Part shown: positions 42,519-55,600 of the stretch, piece by piece
Layout of the letters: each line of letters starts with the position of its first letter
Numbering within the stretch: the stretch's first letter is position 1
Source of the DNA: Tubulanus polymorphus
Taxonomy: Eukaryota; Animalia; Nemertea
Direction: 5' to 3'
Length of the DNA: 64,000 bases
Assembly (NCBI RefSeq): GCF_964204645.1
Contig: NC_134034.1
Coordinates: 10,242,962 to 10,306,961, forward strand
Notes under the pieces: generated by a model
Seen by the model: only the letters and a program-made list of their open reading frames with translations
The model's database searches: none
Told to the model about the DNA's origin: nothing
Position numbers and translations under genes: made by a program

Positions 42519-43969
42519 CTAGAAGTCCCGCTTCATCGATTCTAGTGAAGGGCATATCCTGACAGGGGGCGCCTTGGATTCCATGCGCATATACTTCGAA
42601 TCTAACTCGAGTTTTTGCGGATCGATATTTTCAGCCCCGCGCTCGCGTATACCGACCGTTTCGACGGCCATCAATCGTCTCATATCCGTCGCCGAACGAG
42701 TCATTGATTCGTTCTTATTTGCGATATCGCTGAAATATTCGAAGTTACGTTCGAACTCGGCGATCGGTAAAATGGCGAACGACTGGGCCACGTAGTCGAT
42801 TTCGCGTTTTTGAATGAACATCAACTCGTAGTAGGCCGTTTTAATCGATACTTTGCCGTCTGCGCGCTTTTCCAAAACCAGATTCAAAATGGCCGATCCC
42901 CTGAGGGCTAGAATTTTGAAATATTTCATATCGGCTAAGAAATTACCCAATGAATACACGACCAAGGAGTCGTCCTTTTTATCCCAAACCATCGGTTGTA
43001 GCACGTGAGGGTGAGACCCGATCACTATATTCACGCCGAGTTCTTTGAAGAATTTAAACCACAATTTTTGCCGATAGTAATCGGGGTGTTCTTGGAATTC
43101 TTTACCCCAATGCACGAAGGCGATGATCTGGTCGACGTTCATGTTTTTAGCGCGTTCCACCTCGCGACGAATAGTCGTTTCTTCGAGATAGTTCATTTCG
43201 GTCGGCGGTTCCATATCGCGTTCTGACGGCGTGTGTCTGGTGAACGCCAGCAGCGCGATACGGAACCCGTCCTTCTCGAGTATTAACGGTGAGAGTCTCC
43301 GACGCGCGTCACCGTCGACGAACGCTCCCGTGTGTCTGATGCCGAATTCGTCTAGAGTTTCGCTCGTTTTGACGATACCCGCTTTTCCGATATCGTTTGC
43401 GTGATTGTTGGCCGTAACCAGAACGTCAAATCCGGCGTTACGTAAAGCTTCGACGAACGCAGGTGGTACGACTATCGTAAAATGGCCGTTCGCCCAGTCC
43501 GCATCCGGAGAAGAACCGACTGAACATTCAAGATTGCCGATCGCAAAATCCACGCCTGATAATCTTGACTTTATAAACCTTTAGATAAAGATAAACAAGA
43601 TTAGTAAATCTTTGGATCTTCTGAAGTTCAATTCTAACAGAAGAAAGGCGAATTTAAATTTGAATTTGAATCTAACTGATGTAACCGAAACTTTCAGTTA
43701 CGTCCGTTTGATTTGAATTCGAAAGGCTACCTGAATATTGGGTTGTAATCGTAAGTTTGAGTTTCTTCGTCGTAGGCCGTGCGCGTTATGTCCCTGTGCG
43801 CCATGATGTCACCGGCAAAAAGCAACGAAATCGTCTTCGGCGGTGTTCGGGTGTCATCGGAAACGTTCGTCGGAAATCTGACGCGATGAACGAAGTAACA
43901 GCAGGTTAATACGAACACCGTAGTCACCACGAACCATTCCTGATAGGGAAATGTCCTGAAATTATCCAT
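42519..43969 (-). CDS. CapA/PgsA family (PGA_cap, poly-gamma-glutamate synthesis) metallophosphatase-fold protein with N-terminal membrane anchor
   Basis: Exon 1 43969-43731 (hydrophobic WFVVTTVFVLTCCYFV, ISLLFAGDIM.H), GT-AG intron 43730-43579, exon 2 43578-42519 (FAIGNLE, GFDVLVTANNHANDIG, HWGKE, VIGSHPHVLQP, VYSLGNF). Splicing joins the exons in frame. Confidence 0.9.
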
Positions 43970-43997
43970 TTTAAATCAACGGTTAAACGCAGGGCAC

Positions 43998-45465
43998 GTA
44001 TATAGAACTATCAGTTGTAACGAACAGATTTTGCGATGCCCTGAAGTTCGCTGAAACAAGGTTTAACTGTATATAGAACTATTTGTTAACAGACAGATTT
44101 TCCGATGCCCTGAAATTCGCAGAAACAAGGTTTAACTGTATATAGAACTATTTGTTAACAGACAGATTTTCCGATGCCCTGAAGTTCGCTGAAACAAGGT
44201 TTAACTGTATATAGAACTATTTGTTAACAGACAGATTTTCCGATGCCCTGAAATTCGCAGAAACAAGGTTTAACTGTATATAGAACTATTTGTTAACAGA
44301 CAGACTTTCCGATGCCCTGAAATTCGCAGAAACAAGGTTTAACTGTATATAGAACTATTTGTTAACAGACAGATTTTCCGATGCCCTGAAGTTCGCAGAA
44401 ACAAGGTTTAACTGTATATAGAACTATTTGTTAACAGACAGACTTTCCGATGCCCTGAAGTTCGCAGAAACAAGGTTTAACTGTATATAGAACTATTTGT
44501 TAACAGACAGATTTTCCGATGCCCTGAAGTTCGCAGAAACAAGGTTTAACTGTATATAGAACTATTTGTTAACAGACAGATTTTCCGATGCCCTGAAATT
44601 CGCAGAAACAAGGTTTAACTGTATATAGAACTATTTGTTAACAGACAGATTTTCCGATGCCCTGAAGTTCGCAGAAACAAGGTTTAACTGTATATAGAAC
44701 TATTTGTTAACAGACAGATTTTCCGATGCCCTGAAATTCGCAGAAACAAGGTTTAACTGTATATAGAACTATTTGTTAACAGACAGACTTTCCGATGCCC
44801 TGAAGTTCGCAGAAACAAGGTTTAACTGTATATAGAACTATTTGTTAACAGACAGACTTTCCGATGCCCTGAAGTTCGCAGAAACAAGGTTTAACTGTAT
44901 ATAGAACTATTTGTTAACAGACAGATTTTCCGATGCCCTGAAATTCGCAGAAACAAGGTTTAACTGTATATAGAACTATTTGTTAACAGACAGACTTTCC
45001 GATGCCCTGAAGTTCGCAGAAACAAGGTTTAACTGTATATAGAACTATTTGTTAACAGACAGATTTTCCGATGCCCTGAAGTTCGCAGAAACAAGGTTTA
45101 ACTGTATATAGAACTATTTGTTAACAGACAGATTTTCCGATGCCCTGAAATTCGCAGAAACAAGGTTTAACTGTATATAGAACTATTTGTTAACAGACAG
45201 ACTTTCCGATGCCCTGAAGTTCGCAGAAACAAGGTTTAACTGTATATAGAACTATTTGTTAACAGACAGATTTTCCGATGCCCTGAAGTTCGCAGAAACA
45301 AGGTTTAACTGTATATAGAACTATTTGTTAACAGACAGATTTTCCGATGCCCTGAAGTTCGCAGAAACAAGGTTTAACTGTATATAGAATTATTTGTTAA
45401 CAGATTTTCTGATGCCCTGAAGTTCGCTGGAAACATGGTTAAACTGTATATATAACTATTTGTTA
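43998..45465. repeat. 69-bp minisatellite x about 21
   Basis: GTATATAGAACTATTTGTTAACAGACAGATTTTCCGATGCCCTGAAGTTCGCAGAAACAAGGTTTAACT units. Begins about 30 bp upstream of the CapA ATG. Confidence 0.95.
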
Positions 45466-48400
45466 TATTTATATTCAGGGTACCAGAACTCTGCGGGATA
45501 TAACAGGAACTGCTGGTTTTCTGGTGCCCTGACCTTTTTTTGACAACTTATACGTACATGCCGCGTTGACACTTGGAAACTAACGAATAATAGGGCCGTT
45601 TATAATGACGATTCCTTGGACTGATAAGGGGACTTAAAGTGCTATTTAAGTCTATTATCTTGCGAAGCGTATACCTAAACAAAGTTCGATCCAAGGTCAC
45701 GTCAACGGATTATGGAACCCCTCAAATCCAGTATATATATATACATCAGCTGCGTTTACGCAGGGAAGTGTGATGAGGTCATCACACTTCCCTGGTTTAC
45801 GTGGGCATTTTGGAGCCGGGCCAAATTTAGCCCGTGCCAGATTAGGCCGAAACAGAATAATCTAATCCGATATAGGGTTTAGGAAGCGAACCTCGCTTGC
45901 CACGGTATCGTTATAAAGGCATATTGACGAAAATGAGTGATTTATATAGGCGTTGAACGTTAGATTTGGTCTGGTCCGGGAAGAATCATCAGCGACTCAA
46001 AAGGCATCGACCTTTGACGTCAATCATTGGGGAATGGATTCAAAAAAGCGATCCCATCTTTTCTGAGTAGCAGTGCTGGGTGTGGGCCGGCAACGCGTTC
46101 GGAACATATTATATCGCATTAGACGAGCTCCCAAAATACCGATTTACATAAGCTTTAAACTACTGAGTAGATACGTACCAATCTAAAGATACCGACGATA
46201 AAGATTCTCGCTCCATCTCTCGCACGAATGGGCGTTAAGCTTCGAACATCACCGCGCGTTGTTTTTTTTACACGTATATATCTACGTACATAGCGAAGAG
46301 CATTAGTGAGTGTCTATCTATTCAGAGTGAGTATACATCGTGGTGTCAGCCTGGCTATAGCGCGCATAATATGCGCGCTCGGTTTTTAGTACATTAATAC
46401 TATACATTGAAACAAGGCCGACTCGAGCTTTACCGCGCGACCTTTTTGTGACGCGCATAACCGGTTTATTCTTATAGCGCGTGATATTCGATGCGGAGAC
46501 ACCGTCATTCGGCAGGGATTCGAACCTGATGGCATCGCAACACTCAGCACGGCACACTGGACCGGATGCGCGGGTTTACCGCGCGATAACTTGCGGCGCC
46601 AATCAGATCGCTCGTTGTATAATCGATGAGGCAAATTTTACGGAAGAACTATACAACATGCTTTCTTATGAGAAATAAATTGAAATTGAAATTGAAAATT
46701 GAAATGCAATACAACACAATATATACAATAGAACTTTATTGAACTCTTGAAATATACATAGGAAAACCGGGGATAAAAAACCGTGACCAGCCTCGATCAG
46801 GCAAAACAGAAATAAAGAAATGTCGCGGGCGACAAAACCAAAATTATGGTTTTGTCGCGTTATTTTAGTTTTGTCGTTTTGTCGCAATGTCGCCCAGATT
46901 TGCATATTCGTGTTTTTTCACGCATGTCCCTTATTATCAGCCACCATACGATCAGGTTCGAAACCCTGTCGGGGGAGGATGTGCGGAGAGGAAAAGATTA
47001 AATAGAATTTGGTCTGCGGAATAATAATGCGAACTCGTCCAGTTACTGCCTTAAACAGATTAAAGCCGTTTCGCTCCCGGCAGGTGTGGTGGGTTAGTAG
47101 GGGTCACCAAATATGAAGAGCAAACGAAAATCGTTCTTTTTCCGCTTCAATTCCTGCAGACAAGACGCGGTCAAGGCTGGTCATTCGTACTTTGATTTCT
47201 TCGTATGAACCTAGAGGGATTACGAGATTGTAAGGTATTAAGTCGCGGGCGTCTATCAAATTGCGCACGTCACAATTGGCCGGCCATTAATCATTTATTA
47301 TCTAGCAGAAATATCCGTCGTTGTTGACGTTTCATTAACATTTGACATTTTCATTTTTATCATCATGTATCACATGTACAGCGCCGTATTCCAAAAGGCT
47401 CGAAGGCGCTTTACAGAAAACAAAAGAGGCACAATTGAAATGTAATATATCTATAGCACAAGCTATAGTGAATTATACAAGTACTTGCTGATTCAGACTG
47501 GATGGAAGATTGTTTGAATGAACCGGAACCGAATTTACCAATTATGTCAGAAAATTCTGTACACTGACTGTAATCTCCTATATCTGTATTTCGATATCCG
47601 ATTACAAAATCGAACCCCCTTTTTTGCTCCCGGCAGGTGTGGGACCCCTAACCAACCAAATCTAACATTTTGGGATATTTTTTGCTACTTTACAAATGGG
47701 TTGAAAATTGATTTTTCGGGGGAAATTTTTTCCTTGAACACCATTTTCTCCGCGACATTTCTACCGCATTCCATCCGGGCAAATCCGAGCCGCCCGAGCT
47801 GACTAAAGCCGGGCGTAGGTCGGCCTTGCGACGGCTTGGTCTTGCGGAGTGTGGTCTTCCCCGTTGTTCTCCCGGAGCTACGCCCGTTGGACTCCCGGAG
47901 CTACCCCAGTTGCTCTCCCGGACACTCTCCGACCAGTTCAACTATGTCTCTTATTTTCATACATTCAAAATTTGGTTTCCAAGGAACTATTCTCGTGACC
48001 AACACCACCACATTTGGGGAGGGCCAACGACCAACCTCGGGACCTGATTCGCCCACCAGGCCCCCGAGAATAAATGTTCTTAGCAACCTGGTTAAGAAAC
48101 AAGCCCGGAGTTGTCTCGTTTTCCAAACATGTAGACGTTGACACTTGACTAATCCCTTAGGATTTTTACTATTGTCTTGAAAACTAAATCCAAAATATTT
48201 CTAATTAATCCGAGACATAAACTGAACCAGTAACAAAAGCAAATAAATATCAAATAATCATTAAGCCAAAATTTGCCCATTTGTGAATTCCTAGTGAACA
48301 ATAGTAAATAGACATCGGAAAACGATTGGTCAAAACATGCCCGTTTAGGAATTCCCAGTGAATAGAGTTGACGTATGTATAATGAACATACAACTGCTAT

Positions 48401-49692
48401 CGATTTACGCATGTTTTATAAAAATCAAAAATTGCCTATCATAACAGTATATCCAAACGAGCGCCGAAGGCGCGATGTCTAGAAGGGGGTTTGCCCCCCC
48501 CCCCCAAGAAAATTTTGAACATTAAAACGTCTGAGATGCGTTCTGGTTGCTATGAGAGCTCATATTCGAATAATTCTTCTGTAGATAATATAAAGCCTCA
48601 AAGGTTATCGTTGGTCTAGGGAGGGATCCAGATGTTTCACCACCCCAGAGCGGCGTCTTGCTGAACTGGAAGGACAACTATATCATAGCACAAAACGGGG
48701 GATTTGTGGGCACTCCCCCAGAAAACTTTGAATTTTCAAGGCTCTGAGATGCAATCATTAAGCATATTTGGGGCATAACATCTATCCCCTATTTCCGTTT
48801 AGATTCGAATTGACCATTTTTATACTACTTCCAGAATACTTGCCCGGAATAAAAAATTCATGTTAGTACAAGAGCCTGTCAAAATCACGAACTAGAATGG
48901 TAAACCTGATAACCCCTCGATACACTAGTGGTAGGCCGGATCTGCCACTGGCCACTGACTTATTGATAAAGAAATAGCAGAACTGATGTTAGCTTATTGT
49001 ACAATCAATACTCTCTCGATTTTCTCGGTTTTCATCTCTCGGCATTTCAGCAGAATATTCTTGGTCAAATCCTTTATTTTGGTCAATTTTTAATGTATAA
49101 AATACCTACAGAATCAGTGAAATATAACCAGATGTCGCTCTAAAGTAATATGAAAAAAGTTTACTGAATTCGGTTACTTTGATACTGTGAGATAAGGTGC
49201 ATGGTCCAGATGTGACACTGTTACCGCATAAACAAAACTCGCTGGAGTCACTGGGCGGAAACGCCTTCGAATGAAATACTTTTGCACCACTGACAACTTC
49301 AACAACTTGATGACGTTTTTAGCATAATGGGGTTTTCAATTATTGGTGCGACACAATATGTCGCAGTGCTACGCCCCTGGGTCACATAAATCGCTTCACA
49401 GTTGGTTCGATTTGAATTAACATGTAATTAAAAATCATTCAGCCAGTTCGTCCCTATAACAACGGTTCGAGTCCAGACGTAACAGATTTTGTTTGTATAA
49501 AAATCTAAGACAATTCTAAGCACGGATCAGTCGCTGTCTGAACGACCAAGTCGACGTCTCTCTCTGGTAAGGTTAACTATTTTCAAATTCTAACGGCAAT
49601 TATCGTTTCGCCGTAATCGTATCGATAATCTATGGAACTAAACTAAACTTGCGTAGTAAAGAAATTCTTTTCTTCGTCTCCAGGAAGAAATT

Positions 49693-52600
49693 ATGAAGAT
49701 TTTCCACTTCGCTTTCATTCTTTTGTCATTGGCAATCGATCATCTGCCAGTAGACGCCCAAGGTAAGATTGAAAATATAAACATTTAAATTTATAGTAGA
49801 AAAATAATCCGATCGTTCGCAATCTGACGCGAGTCCAAGGAGAAGAAACCATTGATTTTTCATCTATAAGTCAGGAATATCCATTCTACAACCGCGATCA
49901 AACCGAAATTCGGTCAGCGACCGCCACTTAGTGAGAGAGAGTTAACGAATCACATGATATCAACAATGCATCCTATTGGTTGATAAAAATGGATCGCTCG
50001 GCAGATTTCGCCGAGTGCGGGCAGACGAGCGAATTTGCGGGCGATCCGATCGCCGGTGTAAATAATCGGCCGAAAATATTAAACATGTTTGATACGGGCG
50101 ATTCACCGGGCGGCTGATATTTAAGAATTGATCGACTCTTGAAAGGTTACACTTGACGTCACACAGCGCGTCATATTGGCCGACAAACATTAGTCGAAAG
50201 ACGGCCATTTTGACGAACAATATATCAATATCTTAATTTCTTGCATGTATAGAGTAAGCGGCGTTAGTTGCATTAACCTGCTGAATAATACCATTTCCAT
50301 CCAACCGGCATTTCGTGTATATGGTTATCTTTATTACGTTACTTATTTGTATTACTTTTTTGTTACTTTGCATAAGTCGACGGAGTTTATACTGAATGGG
50401 CTGCGTGGGATACTTGTTCGAAGGCATGCGGCGGAGGCCTGCAGAAGCGAACGCGCAACTGTCAAGGCGTGGCTGATGGCGGGAAAACTTGCGCTGAATT
50501 GAACCTCGGGGGAGATGTGGAGAAAAGAGCTTGCGCTACGACACCGTGTATTAGTGAGTGTATCATGTTCTTATATTCCTACTGCTTCTTCTGCAAACAG
50601 CACCACGCGTGTCCTTAAAGGACTCGATGTTACGGTTCGCGCGTATTTGATTTGAACTTTACCCTTTTGGAATCAGACCTTGGGGCCAGTCGCACAGTCG
50701 TGGCTGAAGTCCAAAAGTGGTCTTAAATCTTAAGACAGGTCTCAAGTTGTTAGATTGGCTATAGAACTAAGTTAGCCTTAGACTGGTCTTGAGTCAAGCT
50801 GTGACTGTGCAACTGACCCCTGTTCTGATTCAATTTACTTTGTTCGATTACCGAAAACTGAGTTGAAGACATTTCTAAGGCAATATTATGTATTATCATG
50901 TATCATTTATCCGCCAGTTATACTTTTATCTTTAACCACTTTTTGAGCAACTGCAGTTCCAGCATCCATTTCCACAGTTAAAATCAGTTCATTTTCAATG
51001 AGTTAACTCTGAGTCAAATCTTAACTCACAACGACGTTTTAGATTCTCGGCTTGAAAACATTGTCTCAGGTGTGAATTCAAATGCCAACAAAATATGTTA
51101 ATTAACGACCAGGAGATGCTATAATAATGTGAATGATGCTTCCCGAGAAATAAATTTGAACTTGAACTCGACGGTAAAACGTTAATATTGATATCTCTTT
51201 GTGCGGTTAAAGTCGACGGTAATTATAGTGCCTGGGGCGCGTGGACTGCTTGCTCCAATAACTGCGGCAAGGGAACTAAATCGCGCAAACGCATCTGTAC
51301 CAACCCTGTACCAGCTAACGGTGGAAAAACCTGCGCCGAACAAGAACAACTCGGCGGATCTGAACAAACTCTGACTTGTACTGGAACTGTTTGTCCAGGT
51401 AAGAAAAATAATAATCACTTGTTCAGCATTTGACGATGTTCATTTCTTGATCGAAGTTGAAGTCGCGCCCCTCCGTGCGCATGCGCGGCATAAATGAGCC
51501 AATCAGCTACGATGCACGGTTAAATAGCGGGAGTAAACACTCTGCCGTGTACAGCTAAATATCGACTGCGATAAAACGATAACCACCACTCAAACGTGGT
51601 GAACGGATAATAAGACAAAAACCCACTATCTACAGATTAAAAGAATTTAAAAACAAGAATTTATTTATTCGAACAATCTAAAATATATAGAATACACGAT
51701 GTTTCGATCTCACACTAGAGATCATCGTCCGGTGTCAGAGATCGTCGTCTCCATATTCTTTTTCATTTGTAGTTAATGGAAACTGGGGTATTTGGAGCGG
51801 CTGGTCTCCATGTTCCACACCCTGCGGTGCGGGAATCATGAGTCGTAGGCGACTATGTAACTCTCCGCCGGCATCAAATGGTGGCCTCGCCTGCCTTATA
51901 AACGGTAGTATCCGAAAAGTTCTCGAGACTAAAACGCGAGTATGTCAACAGGCGCCGTGTCCCGGTGAGTATTTCAGCAAAAGCCGCGCTATCGGCGAAT
52001 TGTTTGACGCCGTATAAACCGTTTCAATGATGATCGGTAGATACTGAGTATCGATCAGTATTCCATATAAGTTAATGACCAAAATCCACAGTTGCTGATA
52101 AAAACAATTTATTCTGATACTTTTGTTTGTATACATCGATAACCACTGTGCTTAATCGAAGTGGTACTGTACGAGACTGGATGCGCACTTACTTGCGCTT
52201 CAAAATAACAATAACAATTTTGACGGTCGTTTTGTAATTGAATATATTCGATGTCTTATTTTATTTTCAAATTTTCATATCTTTTTTGATAACGAATTGC
52301 GCCCTTAACATCCTCGCTTACCAGGGTTTGATTGCCACCATCAAAATTTATTGGGCATTATATCTAGCCAATCAGATGCGTTGTACTTCACCGGCAGATT
52401 TGCTTTATCAAATTTTGGCTAGACACATAGACTGGCGGCCATTGAGCGGCAACCTGCCCGCCCTGAAGATATTTTTGGCGGTGCTATAAACCAATGAAGG
52501 GTTTGCCGCCGTGGTTTGTGTTAGTGCGAGCTCGGCGGGCGGCAACCAAGCCCTGGCAAGCGAGGATGACCCTCCACATACAAACGCATAAATCCACCAT

Positions 52601-55600
52601 TTTCACATCCCCTTGTACGCAGCTGTAATGTTTTACCCCTCGCTTGCCAGACTTTGATTACCGCCGAAGCCCACGCCAACACAAACCCTGGCCCTAAATC
52701 CTTCATTTGTCTATTACATTGCCCAAGGTTTCTTGGGTAGATAGGTTGCCGTTCAGTGCCCACCAGTCTGTATATTTACTGAGCCAATCAGATGCATAGC
52801 GATTTTGCTAGTGAGAAACAACGCATCTGATTGGCCTAATTCATAGACTAGTGGCCGCTTAGCGGCAACCTGTCCGCGCAAGAAATCTATCTAAACTGAG
52901 GCCTTTTTATGAACACTCGATTAGTATATTCGAGTATGCAAAACGTTTTTATGAGCATGGATTATGTCATAATCCGTCATTTTTATGAACATTGGTTATC
53001 ATAATCGATTAGCATACTCAGCATACTCGCTCGGCGAGCAAGTATGCCGATTATCTAATCCAACCGATATGGTGTTCTCGGTAGAAGTCGCTGCTGAGTA
53101 GGCCATAATTGAATAATTTATACCTGGCGTTTTTATCAACCAACATACCCGGTTATGCTAATTGACACTAATCGGCTATATAATCTAAATAGCTAATCTA
53201 TTTCGATTTTGCTGGTTCATAAAAAGGCCTCTTATACCGGCTTCCAGCTCAGATGTAATGAAATAATTGAACGTAAGAGAGCAAGTCACGTTCACTTTAT
53301 TCAGATGTCCAGATGAGAGAGAGAAACAAATAGAATATAGTTGATTGTTATTTTTGTGTTTTTGAATTTCCAATAGACATCTGGCGGCTTAAGCGACTAT
53401 CGGCTGCGCGGAGTCAGTGTTCCAGAATCTTGTTTCGACATAGGACTTAACGTGTAACTGCAAGTTGATTACTATTTTCATGATGTTTTCTATTTCCAAT
53501 AGACATCGATGGCGGCTTTAGCGACTGGGGTACATGGGGCAAATGCACGAAAACATGCGGCGGAGGGACTCGGTTACGCACTAGAACGTGTAGCAATCCA
53601 AGTAAATCTGGAAAAGGAAAAGCTTGTGTTGGTGCAACGGCGGAAATAGTAAAGTGTTCTGAACATCCATGTCAAGGTGAGTTGCCGAGAAGAAAAGAAA
53701 CTTTCCAAGAATAAGTCACCGCAATAAAGAAGTTTCCATTTCCTAGGCGCCATTTTGTGGCGGTCCCTCGAGGTCCTCATTGTTGCGACAATTTTCACTC
53801 TCCTTTTTGAAACTAAGTTTTCATCGAATTCCAATTGTCTGTTGATCAACATGGCGGACTGTAGAGTCGTGTCATTGGCACGGGAGCTAAAAACTTCCTT
53901 TTGGGAACAAGAACATTTGGTTTTCCTAGGAATAACCGCATAAGGAAGAACCGTAACATCGGACTGTGCATTCTGGTGAGATTTTGTCGAAGTTTGAAGC
54001 TTTTAACTACTGAATTTGACAAGTTAAAGTTTCCATAGAACATAAGTGTGGACATTTTCGTATATAGAGTACAGGCTATTATAGCACACTCTGTATAGTA
54101 CAGCCTGTTCACCGTTCCGCTTGAGTTATTTTCGGTCGTGAAAGGTTATTGAGAACTGTAAAATGGAGAAAAATTCAAAGCACTTAGCCAGTGGTTCGAA
54201 TACCAATCGTAACCGTAATCGTAGTAAACATGATGATCGTAATACCAAAGACAAAGTCGATAAACAAACAGAACATGCTGGCAGTGGGAATACTAAACGA
54301 ACTCTGTCCAAAGGCTCGGAATCCAGTACCCCTCCAACAAAAAGACCGGCTCATACACAATCGAAATCGCAACCAGCTAAAAGTTATGGAGAAACTGATC
54401 CAGATACAGATACCGAAAGCCGCGAATCTGCAGGAGAATCCGACAGCGAAACGGAGAAAGAACTTACTTTAGAGGACATTTTCCAAGAAATTAAGTCGAT
54501 GCGGAAACATCTGGAACGAAAAATCGATGGTAAATTCAACTCAATTAAGAAAGACCTGGAACAATTCAGAAAAGATTTTGAAGCTAGTATGGATTTCAAG
54601 ATTGAAGAAGCCAAAGACGAACTGCGAGTTGAGTTTACCACGAAGGTTAGCGACCTTGAAAATAAGCTTAAAACCAGTGGCCGCACCCAACCAAAGGACG
54701 ACCGCATTGCAGCACTAGAAAATCGCATAATAGACCAGGAGGCAAGATCACGGCGCGACAACCTTGTTTTCCTTGGTTTAGTTGAGTCGACTGATGAAAA
54801 CATAGACAACGTTGTGAGGAAACAGTTAGTCGAAAATTTCGGAATCAACAGTGATCGAGCGAGTAAAATTGTCTTCCAGCGGATCCATAGAAATCCAGGC
54901 AAAGACAAACCACGTTCCGTGACCGCGAAATTCAGAGATTATGTTGACCGCGAATTAGTATATAAATCTCGATTTAACGCAAAAGATAACACTGTGCGAA
55001 TCGTTGCGGATTATCCGATCGAAGTGCGGAATAGAAGAAAATTGTTATTCGAAAAATTAAATTCATCGAAATCTACCAATCCATCCGTGGATGGTTTCGT
55101 CTCCTTCGATAAGCTGATTCTCGACGGGAAAATTTTCAAATGCATTAATAACGAAGTAAAGTGCGTCGGGGAGGCAACATACCGGACACCTAGACCACGT
55201 ACACAGCCGAAGAAATCACCCGAAGAGCTGAAGGCGGCCTCGAAACAGCCTGCAGTAGCTAACGCAACAAATATTCAGAGTGCGGAAGTGGAGACGATGG
55301 ACGCGTCTGGAACAAGTGATACTCCAGTAAGTGACCTAATTGCAGCATCGAGAGTTGTACTAGACGGTCCAGCGTAGGGAAACGCGACAAACTCTCGCCG
55401 TCAATCATTAACTTTATGTTCTCTTAATGTATGCGGATTAGAAAATAAACTGGATATCCCTGAATTCCAAGACCATATCAAACAATTTGATATTATTGGG
55501 TTATGTGAAACAAAGCTAACTGACTTCCATACACTCAATATCCCGAACTACCACTTCTTTGGTAACAATCGTAAAAAGTACAAAAGAGTGTCTGGTGGAA

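Noticed and set aside
42519-43969. Bacterial contamination explaining the CapA gene
   Set aside because: It has a spliceosomal intron, no operon neighbours, and is flanked by host repeats and a metazoan homeobox gene.
45800-49500. Short ORFs between the CapA-like and lectin genes, and in 6600-9700 and 16900-22800
   Set aside because: No recognisable domains or consistent splice phases. The regions are made of repeat fragments and UTR-like sequence.
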